From contig DASZRG010000039.1 of the NCBI GenBank assembly GCA_035549295.1, positions 31 through 64,030 of the forward strand: a stretch of 64,000 nt of DNA. Reading direction: 5' to 3'. Source of the DNA: Patescibacteria group bacterium. Lineage in GTDB: Bacteria > Patescibacteriota > Microgenomatia > Levybacterales > GWA1-39-11. Positions 9,114 to 17,899 of this stretch are shown in pieces. The notes beneath the pieces were generated by a model. That model was not told where the DNA came from. It saw only the letters and a program-made list of their open reading frames with translations, and did no database searches. Numbering within the stretch: position 1 is the stretch's first letter; every line of letters starts with the position of its first letter. Position numbers and translations under genes: made by a program.

Positions 9114-10892
9114 GTGAGCAAAGAGTTTAAAGAAATTCTGATTGGTATAAGAAGGGCGATTAGCCTTCTCAGTGCTAGAGAAAAACGGAGTCTGTATATC
9201 GCAACGGGTCTGATGCTTATTATTGGTATACTCACCAATCTTCCAGCAGTCATATTGGGAAAACTCGTCGACACTCTTACGGGCACGAAAACAATTGATT
9301 TTAGCTTAGTAACACCCTTTGTCACGTTTATTGTTGTCATTATTCTTATACGTGAGAGTCTAAACGTTGTAAGAAAGTACCTCATCGAAAATATAGCCAC
9401 GCAAATAGATAAAGAGCAGACAGTAGAACTTATTGGAAGATTACTAAAAACTGATATTCGAGGATTTCTACAAGATCAACAAATTGGCGCGCTGCATGGA
9501 AGAATTTTCCGTTCTATGCAGGGTCTCATCTGGATTATCAAACTTACTTTCAACGAATTTGCGCCAATCTTTTTTAGTGCTTTGGCGGCAATTGCTATTG
9601 CTCTTTATCAGAAACCTCTTATTGCAACAATTATGGTTTTGGTCATCCCTTCAGGACTTTACCTTATTGTGAAGCAAGTGTCATCTCAAAAGGGAATACG
9701 AGTTGCTTTACTTCGTGGTAAAGAAAAGGTGGATGGAAAAGTTGTAGAAATGCTTTCTGGAATAGAAACAATTCGCGTATTGGATACTGTGGACTATGAA
9801 ATGCAGAAGGTAGAAGTCATAACTGAGCAACAAAGAAAAATTGAAATACGACATCACATTTATATGGCTTTATTCGACGCGGCCAAATATCTCAATGAAG
9901 GGTTTTTTTATATCTTTGTTATTGTTCTTTCCATCTTTCTTGCATCAAAGGGAATTATTACCAAGGGAGATATTCTCGTGTACTCGATATTGTTCTTGAG
10001 TATTACTGGTCCACTCCGAGAGATACACCGCATTTTAGACCAAACACATGAAAACTCTATAAGAGTAAATGACCTGTATGGCATGCTTCACGAACCTATT
10101 GACGAGGCATACAAGAATGGTAGAGAAACCCAGAGCTTGGAAAATGTCTCAGAAATTGTAAGGACAAAAGACCTCTCTTTTTCTTATGGAAATGAAACTG
10201 GTGGCTTGCTAGATAAAATAAACATACATATTAAACAGGGGCAAAGTATTGGTATCGCAGGTGCTTCAGGTTGCGGTAAAACAACATTTATACATATCCT
10301 TCTAAAACTTATTCACGGATACAAAGGAGATGTATTACTTTTCGGAGAAGATCTACGTGATATTGGCAGAAATGAAATTGCTCAAAAGATCGCTTACGTA
10401 CCACAAAGTCCTTTTATTTTTTCTGGGACAATCAGGGAAAACATAACTTATGGAGTGCAACGAAATACAACAGAGGAAGATATAGTCCATGCCGCAAAAC
10501 AGGCACATATCTACGATGAAATACTAAAGAGCCTTGGTGGCTTAGAAGGAAAAGTCACTGAGGCGGGAGGTAATCTAAGTGGAGGACAAAGGCAGAGACT
10601 TGCCATTGCTCGCGTGATGCTTTCATCAGCAGAGCTTCTGATATTTGACGAAGCCACATCTGCTCTTGATAATACAAACGAAGCAATTATCCAAGAAAAT
10701 ATTGAAAAACAGTTTAAGGATAAAACTATTATTACTATTGCACACAGGCTGACGACTTTAAAAAACAGCGACAAAATATTAGTTTTCGATAGAGGAAAAG
10801 TCGCCCAAGAAGGAAGCTTTAAAGAATTATCAAGCAAAAAGGGTCTCTTTCAAGATTTCCTTCTACAGAAAGCAGAAAGAAACCAAAACTAA
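9114..10892 (+). CDS. ABC transporter permease/ATP-binding protein (type I exporter, MsbA-like)
   Basis: Six N-terminal TM segments. Walker A is GASGCGKTT, the ABC signature is LSGGQRQR, and Walker B is LLIFDEATSALD. The start is probably GTG at 9114. Confidence 0.85.
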   Translation: MSKEFKEILIGIRRAISLLSAREKRSLYIATGLMLIIGILTNLPAVILGKLVDTLTGTKTIDFSLVTPFVTFIVVIILIRESLNVVRKYLIENIATQIDKEQTVELIGRLLKTDIRGFLQDQQIGALHGRIFRSMQGLIWIIKLTFNEFAPIFFSALAAIAIALYQKPLIATIMVLVIPSGLYLIVKQVSSQKGIRVALLRGKEKVDGKVVEMLSGIETIRVLDTVDYEMQKVEVITEQQRKIEIRHHIYMALFDAAKYLNEGFFYIFVIVLSIFLASKGIITKGDILVYSILFLSITGPLREIHRILDQTHENSIRVNDLYGMLHEPIDEAYKNGRETQSLENVSEIVRTKDLSFSYGNETGGLLDKINIHIKQGQSIGIAGASGCGKTTFIHILLKLIHGYKGDVLLFGEDLRDIGRNEIAQKIAYVPQSPFIFSGTIRENITYGVQRNTTEEDIVHAAKQAHIYDEILKSLGGLEGKVTEAGGNLSGGQRQRLAIARVMLSSAELLIFDEATSALDNTNEAIIQENIEKQFKDKTIITIAHRLTTLKNSDKILVFDRGKVAQEGSFKELSSKKGLFQDFLLQKAERNQN

Positions 10893-10934
10893 TATCTCCA
10901 AAACTTTATTTAAACACTTTGATATACTCAAAAT

Positions 10935-11780
10935 ATGGGTTGGCTTTATCTTACGCTTCTGAGCGTGGTTATTACTGCGTTTGCAAACATTCTTCAACGA
11001 GTGCTAATGAAGGATGACAAGAGCAATCCCTATTCATACGCTATTGCCTTCCATCTAGTTGTCACCGTTTTCTATTTTGCATTCTCTTCTATAAACGGGT
11101 TTTCTCTACCTGCTTTCAGCATCAAGTTTTTATTCATGCCACTTGCCTCAATGCTTTGGGGACTTGGAACGGTTTTTTTGTTTAGAGCCCTTAAATTGCT
11201 TGAGATATCAGAAGTTACCATAATTGGCTCGACGCGTACGTTAGTAACTATTGTTGGTTCTGTCCTTTTTCTAGGAGACACCTTTGGTTTCCAAAAAATC
11301 GTAGGTACGGCTATCATGTTCCTATCCGTCTTCCTAGCAACCAATCTCAAAAATGGTATTAAGTTCAATAAGGGCATCACGTATTCATTCGGGATGGCAA
11401 TTTGTTATGGTCTAGGACTAGTCTTTGATGCATTCAACATCAAATCATTTGATCCCATATCTTATCTTGCGATAGGAAATTTAATGATAAGTCTATTTTT
11501 ATTGCTGTTATTCCCACAAACAGTTAAGGCTTGGAAAGAATACGTCAACCCACCATTCCTTAAGAAAATGCTTCCGCTTGGGATCTTAAGCTCGACACAA
11601 GCCGTAGCATATTATTTTGCAATAAAATATGGACCAACATCCCAAATAGCATCCATTAACCTTTCACTCATTATTGTTACGGTATTACTTGCAGCCATTT
11701 TGCTAAAAGAAAGGGACAACCTTTTCAAAAAAATTATCGCTGCACTGTTAGTTACTCTTGGAATATTTCTTCTGAGATAA
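10935..11780 (+). CDS. EamA/DMT family transporter
   Basis: Ten predicted TM helices in two repeated halves, with an N-terminal MGWLYLTLLSVVITAFANILQRVLMK EamA-like segment. Confidence 0.6.
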   Translation: MGWLYLTLLSVVITAFANILQRVLMKDDKSNPYSYAIAFHLVVTVFYFAFSSINGFSLPAFSIKFLFMPLASMLWGLGTVFLFRALKLLEISEVTIIGSTRTLVTIVGSVLFLGDTFGFQKIVGTAIMFLSVFLATNLKNGIKFNKGITYSFGMAICYGLGLVFDAFNIKSFDPISYLAIGNLMISLFLLLLFPQTVKAWKEYVNPPFLKKMLPLGILSSTQAVAYYFAIKYGPTSQIASINLSLIIVTVLLAAILLKERDNLFKKIIAALLVTLGIFLLR

Positions 11781-11840
11781 ACCTACGAAAAAGAGGCATC
11801 TCGATCCGAGATACCTCTTTACACAGTAATTTTTTTAAAA

Positions 11841-12179
11841 TTACATTGGTAATGCTTCGTAGACGCGGACTGCGCCTGTGTTTTCTTGAGCTAAAGGACA
11901 ACCTTTCGCAATTTCAACTGCATCATCCATGCTATTCGCGTTGATGATGGTATAACCTGTTGCAGGTGTCATTTCAGCTGAAACTGTCTCGACGCCCTTT
12001 GAAGTCACAGACTTTCCGCTTGGCGCAAATGGATTTCCGCCATCGACCATTTTGTCGTGGAATGTTCCAAACCATGCCATCCACTTGTCTTTTGAGGCTG
12101 CCATGACTTCTGAGCTAGCATTAGCATCAACATCGCTCCCATGATATACAAATACAAATTTCTTCATCTTTTTATTCAC
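11841..12179 (-). CDS. YciI-like / DGPF-type small domain protein
   Basis: 112 aa. KFVFVYHGSD...DKWMAWFGTFHDKMVDGGNPF...GCPL resembles the YciI family. Confidence 0.4.
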   Translation of the reverse strand: MNKKMKKFVFVYHGSDVDANASSEVMAASKDKWMAWFGTFHDKMVDGGNPFAPSGKSVTSKGVETVSAEMTPATGYTIINANSMDDAVEIAKGCPLAQENTGAVRVYEALPM

Positions 12180-12359
12180 CTCCTTTCGTTAGAATTTGTT
12201 TACGAACTTGTGAGTAATTACAAATTCTTACGTCCGCCAAAGCGAAGTTTCGACTGCATGGATGTAACCCATGAGGCGAACCTGAGCGACGGCGGAACAC
12301 TTTCATTTTTCTTAAGCCTCGCCACGGTCCCATTTGACGGGATGAAGGCGGTCACTTAA

Positions 12360-12713
12360 TCACTTCCCATTTTTCTTCGAACTCTTTAGAAACGTTGTGT
12401 AATTTTCGAGCGTTGCATTGTTACCGCCCCAATACGTGTGGTACTGAGCAAGCCAATCTTGCAATATGTGAAGGGTTATTTTGTTGAGTGTCAAAAAATG
12501 AGTTCTACCAATCTTTTTGTCTTGTACCAAGTTCGCAGTTTTTAGTATTCGGATATGCTTGTGGATGGCCTGAAGTGATAAATCTCGCATTGATGCAAGC
12601 TGGTGAACTGAATAGGGCTGAAGCCCGAGGACATAAACAATGTCTCGCCTATGCTCGTTTGCAAGAGCTTCAAAAATAAGATTTAGTTCGTTTGGAATAT
12701 GTTGGTCTGGCAT
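12360..12713 (-). CDS. ArsR/SmtB-family winged-helix transcriptional regulator
   Basis: ALANEHRRDIVYVL...SVHQLASMRDLSLQAIHKHIRILKTANLV is the ArsR HTH signature. Confidence 0.6.
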   Translation of the reverse strand: MPDQHIPNELNLIFEALANEHRRDIVYVLGLQPYSVHQLASMRDLSLQAIHKHIRILKTANLVQDKKIGRTHFLTLNKITLHILQDWLAQYHTYWGGNNATLENYTTFLKSSKKNGK

Positions 12714-12827
12714 AAACTTAACTCAGAAGTTAAGTTTACAACCAAAAAATATTTCTGTCAATCTTTGGAATTTATTGTTCAACTGACTCACAGTCCCACA
12801 GCGTTACGTTTCACTGAATTAGGAGAT

Positions 12828-15800
12828 CTATTTCTTCTCTGTCGTAGGAGTTACCACTGGAGTTTCTGTGGACGCCATTGTTGGCGTCGCCGCGGGTGTC
12901 GGGGCTTGGGCCTGTCCTGATATTGTCGGGGTCGGTATTGAAGTCGGAGCTAAGGTCGGAGTTGGCGTAATTTTTTGTGTTGGAGTTGGAGTTGAAGTCG
13001 GTGACTGTGTCGGTGTATTAACCACGCTTTGAGACATCGCTGGTGCTTGGGAAGGAATTGGCGTCGCAACAGGTGTTGTTGCGGGAAGCAACAAGCCTTG
13101 ATCAGAACACCACGTAATTTTTCCAGCAGAAATTGTTATATCATTCTGCCAAGAAGCTGTTTGCCCCTCTGTGTTAGAGTTTTTTATTGACGCCCCAGTT
13201 GTCGTACTTCCAGTACCACAATCTGTTTGCTTCCATCCCCCTGTCAGACCATTTTCATAAACAAGTATCCCATAATTACCTGCAGGAATTTGGTCAAAGA
13301 AAACCCACCCATCATCTGTACCGACAGTTTTTGAGGTAGCTGTCTGAATAACAGTATTTCCTGTAGTGTCTGTTAGTTTTGCCGTTGCACCATTTACATA
13401 TTTACCATCTGGCGAACCATTGCTCCCAATTTCTCGGACTCTAAAATGGATTCCACCTGCTGCTTGTGTATTTGGATTTTTGAGACCTACATCAGAACAC
13501 CACAAGATGTCGCCGCCAGGAATATGCAAATTTGATTGCCAAGCTGCTGTTTGATTTTCAGTGTTGTCGTTTTGTATGGTAACTGAATTCGTAGTGCCAC
13601 TATTGTTGCAGTCTGTTTGTCGCCAATATCCTGTGTACCCTTTTAAGTAAGTTGCGGCTCCATAGTATCCAGCCTGCACATTATCAAAGAATACCCAGCC
13701 ATCCTCACCATTCACTGTTTTTGAAGTTGTTGTTTGAAGCACGGTGTTTCCAGTTGTATCAGTCAGCTTCGCCGTTGCACCATTTATATATTTCCCAGTC
13801 CAATTTCCCGAACTATCAAATTCCTTTACTCGATAGTGAACTCCCCCATTACCGTGGAATCCAAGGTCGTAGCAATAATTTGTAACTCCTGCAACAATAA
13901 CTACACTATTATTCCATGCAGCCTTATTGTTCTCAGTTTGTGAATTTTGAATAGAGGCATTTGGGTCTGATGCTCCTGCACAGCTTGTCATTTTCCAAAA
14001 TCCTTCAAATCCCGCCTTGTACGCCATAAGGCCATAATTTCCAGCTGGAATATTTTGGAAAAAGGCCCATCCATCTTGACCATTGGATGCTTGAGTTGTT
14101 GTGCTTTGGATGACAGTAGAGCCTGTTGGATCGGTGAGCTTAACCGTCGCACCGTTCACATGATCTGTTGCAAGATACGATTTTGGAACATTTGGATCAT
14201 TCTCTATTAGATCTACTCTCATCGCCAAATTTCCAGATGTAACCGTTTGCAACCCCTCATCAGAACACCACGTTATTTGATTTGGCATAACTTTCAAATT
14301 ATTCTGCCAAGCAGCCGTGAAATTGTTCGTATTTTGATTTTTAATATTTGCGCTTTGCGTAGTGCCTGCGCCGTCACAAGTTGTTTGTTTCCAAGCGCCT
14401 ATCGAATTCCCTTTGTAAGTAAGTGCTCCATATTGGCCGGATGGTACATTGTCAAAAAATACCCAACCATCTTGCCCATTTACTGTTTTTGAGGTTGTTG
14501 TTTGAAATGCAACAGTACCGGTAGTATCAGTCAAAACCGCCGTAGCATCGTTAACAAACTTTCCAGTTGGATTACCATTTTTGTCTATATCCCGAACTCT
14601 AAAATGTATGCTTCCATTGCCAGTTGGCGTTTCGGTGAAACTAACAAGATATGCAGAGCTTGTCGCAGGAGTTGTGAAGTTATGAGACTGAGCGAGTTTG
14701 TCAGACCACGCGTTAAAGTTATAGTTAAAACCGTTCAGCGTTTGAAGGTTTGGAGTATCAAGACCGTGTATAAAACCTACAACACTTTCTACATTATACG
14801 GAGTGCTATGCGGGATACCATCTAGCATAAAAGTAAGACCGCTTACCGGGTAGCTATCAAACGTAAGATTAACCGTGTTCGGAGAAATAATCCTACTTGT
14901 GGTTGCTGATAGACCTGACGAGTCAACTACAGTTAGTATTATTTCATAACTTGTCTCGGCTGATGGCTCGCCAGTATTCGGAATTACAAAAGTTCCATTT
15001 TTAACTCCCTGTATTTGGTCTATGAATGGATGAATATGTGTTTGATGATGAAAAATAACACTCCAGGTGAAATCACTTGCTGGTAGGTCTCCGTCTTGCG
15101 CGTCGTTTGCTTCTCCGGAAAACGATATTGTATCTCCAGCGTTATAATGTGTCCCGTCAATCGGTGTGTCTATCTTTGGCACAGGAAGAGTCTTGCCGAC
15201 TGTTATTTTAGTGCTAGCGTTTGTCTTGCCTTTTGCATTACTAACCGTGAGTACAACTGTATATGTTCCATTGTTTTGATAAGTATGGGTAGGATTGGCT
15301 GATGTTAACTTTGAACCATCTCCAAAATCCCAGGAATAGGTAAGATTTCCACCTAGAGGATCGCTTGATCCTGCACTCGAAAAGGTTACTTTCAAAGGAG
15401 CAAGTCCGGCAATAGGATTTGCCGTAATTGCCGCAACGGGGGGAAGATTTGTTGCATTGTAAGTAATTTTGTACATTGATCCGGTATTTGAGCTAAAAGT
15501 CGAGTCAGCAACAGTTACGAAATACATGTTGCCATCTGGCCCATTCATCAAATCAACAACCTCACCAGCAGCATCATCAAAAGCATTGTCAGAAATAAAA
15601 TCTCCCTCAGAGTCAATTTTTAGGTATCTTATAAACCCCTTTGCGTAATCTCCATAAAAATAAACGCCTTGCATACTAGATCCAAGACTAGTCGACGAGT
15701 TAACATATCCACCGACAACTGCTGCCGATCCACCGTTATGCTGATAAGTAAAGAGAGGATCTATATATTTTCCGTTCGGAGGCGTACACGGACCCTCACA

Positions 15801-16556
15801 ATCAGGCCATCCGTAGTCTCCGCCTTTTTGAATTATATTAACCTCCTCAGTCGTCGCCTCACCGACGTCTCCAACAATTGGTCTACCATCAGGCAAAAAG
15901 TTAAATCTAAAAGGATTTCGAAATCCATATGCCCAAATACTTGCCTGTCCACCAGCAAGGCCGTAGAATGGATTGTCAGTTGGTATAGACCCATCAGAGT
16001 TAATCCTCAAAAGCTTTCCCTGTATATTTGATAAATCTTGTGAATTGGCGTTATTCGCGTTATTTCCAACTGATACCCAAAGCTTTCCATCCGGACCAAA
16101 GCGAAGTGTCCCTGATATATGATAAGTATTTAGTGTCTGAGTCGACTTTAGAAGAATCTTCTCGCTTCCAGCATTTATCGTATCCCCTGTTACAGTAAAC
16201 CTTGAAACTCTAAATTCATTAGGGGAAGCATTTACATATGCGAGGTAGACATAGTTGTTTGACGCAAACGATGGATCAAAAGCTATACCAAGCAGCCCAT
16301 GTTCTCCATTAGCATCAACGGGAAGTGTTATAGCCGGTGTTGCAGCAAGCGTTCCATTTTTATATATTTTGACCTCACCTGTCTTTTGAAGAATAAATAT
16401 CCGCCCATCAGGCGACTGACCCAATGCGTCTGGAAAGTTAAGACCTGAGACTACAGTGCTTTTTTGAAAACCTGTAGGTAATGCCGCCTGTACCTTTGGT
16501 ACAAAAAGCAATGACAAAAAAACTAAATATACTAGTACAAATAACTTCTTGAACAT
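12828..16556 (-). CDS. secreted 1242-aa multidomain surface protein: signal peptide, glucose/sorbosone-dehydrogenase-like beta-propeller, PKD domain, four ~128-aa Cys-containing CnaB-like (SpaA/carboxypeptidase-regulatory-type) repeats, and a Pro/Thr/Ser-rich C-terminal tail
   Basis: The signal peptide is MFKKLFVLVYLVFLSLLFVPKVQA. GLNFPDALGQSPDGRIFILQKTGEVKIY is the SGDH-type propeller start. LTYSWDFGDGS...HTYQNNGTYTVVLTVSNAKG is a PKD signature. Four repeats match the pattern HFRVRDID.NGNPTGKFVNDATA.LTDTTG..V.QTTTSKTVNGQDGWVFFDNVP.G.YG......W.QT.C......WCSD.GL. The tail is ...TPTQSPTSTPTPTQKITPTPTLAPTSIPTPT... Confidence 0.7.
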   Translation of the reverse strand: MFKKLFVLVYLVFLSLLFVPKVQAALPTGFQKSTVVSGLNFPDALGQSPDGRIFILQKTGEVKIYKNGTLAATPAITLPVDANGEHGLLGIAFDPSFASNNYVYLAYVNASPNEFRVSRFTVTGDTINAGSEKILLKSTQTLNTYHISGTLRFGPDGKLWVSVGNNANNANSQDLSNIQGKLLRINSDGSIPTDNPFYGLAGGQASIWAYGFRNPFRFNFLPDGRPIVGDVGEATTEEVNIIQKGGDYGWPDCEGPCTPPNGKYIDPLFTYQHNGGSAAVVGGYVNSSTSLGSSMQGVYFYGDYAKGFIRYLKIDSEGDFISDNAFDDAAGEVVDLMNGPDGNMYFVTVADSTFSSNTGSMYKITYNATNLPPVAAITANPIAGLAPLKVTFSSAGSSDPLGGNLTYSWDFGDGSKLTSANPTHTYQNNGTYTVVLTVSNAKGKTNASTKITVGKTLPVPKIDTPIDGTHYNAGDTISFSGEANDAQDGDLPASDFTWSVIFHHQTHIHPFIDQIQGVKNGTFVIPNTGEPSAETSYEIILTVVDSSGLSATTSRIISPNTVNLTFDSYPVSGLTFMLDGIPHSTPYNVESVVGFIHGLDTPNLQTLNGFNYNFNAWSDKLAQSHNFTTPATSSAYLVSFTETPTGNGSIHFRVRDIDKNGNPTGKFVNDATAVLTDTTGTVAFQTTTSKTVNGQDGWVFFDNVPSGQYGALTYKGNSIGAWKQTTCDGAGTTQSANIKNQNTNNFTAAWQNNLKVMPNQITWCSDEGLQTVTSGNLAMRVDLIENDPNVPKSYLATDHVNGATVKLTDPTGSTVIQSTTTQASNGQDGWAFFQNIPAGNYGLMAYKAGFEGFWKMTSCAGASDPNASIQNSQTENNKAAWNNSVVIVAGVTNYCYDLGFHGNGGVHYRVKEFDSSGNWTGKYINGATAKLTDTTGNTVLQTTTSKTVNGEDGWVFFDNVQAGYYGAATYLKGYTGYWRQTDCNNSGTTNSVTIQNDNTENQTAAWQSNLHIPGGDILWCSDVGLKNPNTQAAGGIHFRVREIGSNGSPDGKYVNGATAKLTDTTGNTVIQTATSKTVGTDDGWVFFDQIPAGNYGILVYENGLTGGWKQTDCGTGSTTTGASIKNSNTEGQTASWQNDITISAGKITWCSDQGLLLPATTPVATPIPSQAPAMSQSVVNTPTQSPTSTPTPTQKITPTPTLAPTSIPTPTISGQAQAPTPAATPTMASTETPVVTPTTEKK

Positions 16557-16646
16557 GAAACCACATTATATTATAGGTTTATACATTTTACAACAATCCG
16601 ATGTATACTCAGCTAAAATTAAGGTATATGGTAGAACTATAGGGGA

Positions 16647-17222
16647 TTAAATACTGACTGGCTTTCCAACTGCAACAAACCTCTGCGTATCAAGAAATCC
16701 CGTACAAGTGTATATAGTAATTCTTGCATCCCCTGTCGAGTCCAGAATACTGGTATTACTAGGTGCAACAACCGTCGTATAGACAATTTTAAATGTCTTT
16801 TTAGCACCATTCGTATAGGTAATATCGACCAAATCGCCAGGCTTAACGCCCGTAAGCGGTCCTAAAAGACTTGTCCAATTATGACCGTAAAGCACACTAT
16901 TTCCAAGCATTCCTGGAATAGGTGAGCTAATAAGATATGATACGCCACTTGTTGTTGCCTGCCATGAATTGTTCTGTATTTGAGCAGGATATATCGGAAG
17001 ATTGATTTTGACTTTCTTTATGACTATCTGGCGTGGAAGCGTACCTGTCGATACGCTAGGCGTCTCCAAAACATTTTCAAAAGACAGATTTTGGGGACTA
17101 TATCGCTGAACCATCAAAAAACTGCCGAATGCAATAAGTAGGATTCCTATAAATAATGAGGTTTTCGCGAAAAAGCGCATAAGTGCTCCTTTACTTGTTT
17201 TCGCGGGATTTAAGAAGACCAA
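16647..17222 (-). CDS. sortase (class E-like transpeptidase)
   Basis: N-terminal TM anchor. The active-site His is in VLYGHN, the Cys is in the TLxTC motif (ITIYTCTG), and the Arg is in RFVAVGKP. It overlaps the upstream LAXTG substrate gene by 32 nt. Confidence 0.8.
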   Translation of the reverse strand: MVFLNPAKTSKGALMRFFAKTSLFIGILLIAFGSFLMVQRYSPQNLSFENVLETPSVSTGTLPRQIVIKKVKINLPIYPAQIQNNSWQATTSGVSYLISSPIPGMLGNSVLYGHNWTSLLGPLTGVKPGDLVDITYTNGAKKTFKIVYTTVVAPSNTSILDSTGDARITIYTCTGFLDTQRFVAVGKPVSI

Positions 17223-17823
17223 TTACTACAAAGAGTATACCCGCTCCAAAAATAGAAGCTATGAACTGCAGATTACCTGTGTTAGCAAGTCCAAATGCAG
17301 ACGCACCTAGAACCGCGTTGTCTGATCGGCCATCTGAGCGACCGTCTGAACGACCATCAGAAAGGCCATCTCCTGGACCGCCAGGGTTGCCGCCCCCTAC
17401 TTGTGGGTCTCCACATGTAAAATTGGCATTTTGGGCCAAATATGGCTCAGGTTCAAGACCCCATGCAGATCCATCTGGAACATATATCCAACCTTGACTT
17501 GTCATGACCTGAATTTGAGCAGGATCCATATTGCCGACTTTTTGCCAGTTTGTCTGAATACCTGCTCCATTGTCTGCACAGAAACATTGCATTAGATTGC
17601 CATCTGAGAGTGTATAAACAGTATCTTTTCCTGTGTGAGTCGCAGAATCTCCTACGATACCGTGAGTACCCGAATCGAAATTCTCTTTTACAGTTCCTTG
17701 AGGATTAACACAATTAGGGAAGTCAGCGTTCGTCGCAGCTGAGGCATGGCTTACTGCGCTTATCAATAAAGCTATATTTAGAAGTCCAATTTTTATACCG
17801 TTTTTAATATTCATATTAGGCAC
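17191..17823 (-). CDS. LAXTG-type sortase-anchored surface protein
   Basis: N-terminal signal peptide, a Cys-containing domain, a Gly/Pro-rich linker with (SDGR)x3, then the sorting signal LANTG, a hydrophobic segment NLQFIASIFGAGILFVVIGLL and a positive tail KSRENK. Confidence 0.7.
   Translation of the reverse strand: MPNMNIKNGIKIGLLNIALLISAVSHASAATNADFPNCVNPQGTVKENFDSGTHGIVGDSATHTGKDTVYTLSDGNLMQCFCADNGAGIQTNWQKVGNMDPAQIQVMTSQGWIYVPDGSAWGLEPEPYLAQNANFTCGDPQVGGGNPGGPGDGLSDGRSDGRSDGRSDNAVLGASAFGLANTGNLQFIASIFGAGILFVVIGLLKSRENK
17321..17368. repeat. in-frame 12-bp tandem repeat x4 (tctga-cg-cc-) encoding the (SDGR)n linker of the LAXTG protein
   Basis: Units are tctgatcggcca / tctgagcgaccg / tctgaacgacca / tcagaaaggcca. 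Confidence 0.6.
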
Positions 17824-17899
17824 AAAAATGTGTAAGAGTAGTATTATAATATATTATTATAGGTTTGTCAATAGGCATGCCGATACCTAGACTTTAGGT

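Noticed and set aside
9086-9400. 104-aa minus-strand ORF overlapping the ABC transporter start
   Set aside because: It lies entirely within or antisense to the well-supported ABC exporter N-terminus and has no independent support.
12828-13100. LPATT within the PT-rich tail of the 1242-aa protein as a sortase sorting signal
   Set aside because: It is not followed by a hydrophobic membrane-spanning segment and a positively charged tail. It is more likely part of the low-complexity linker.
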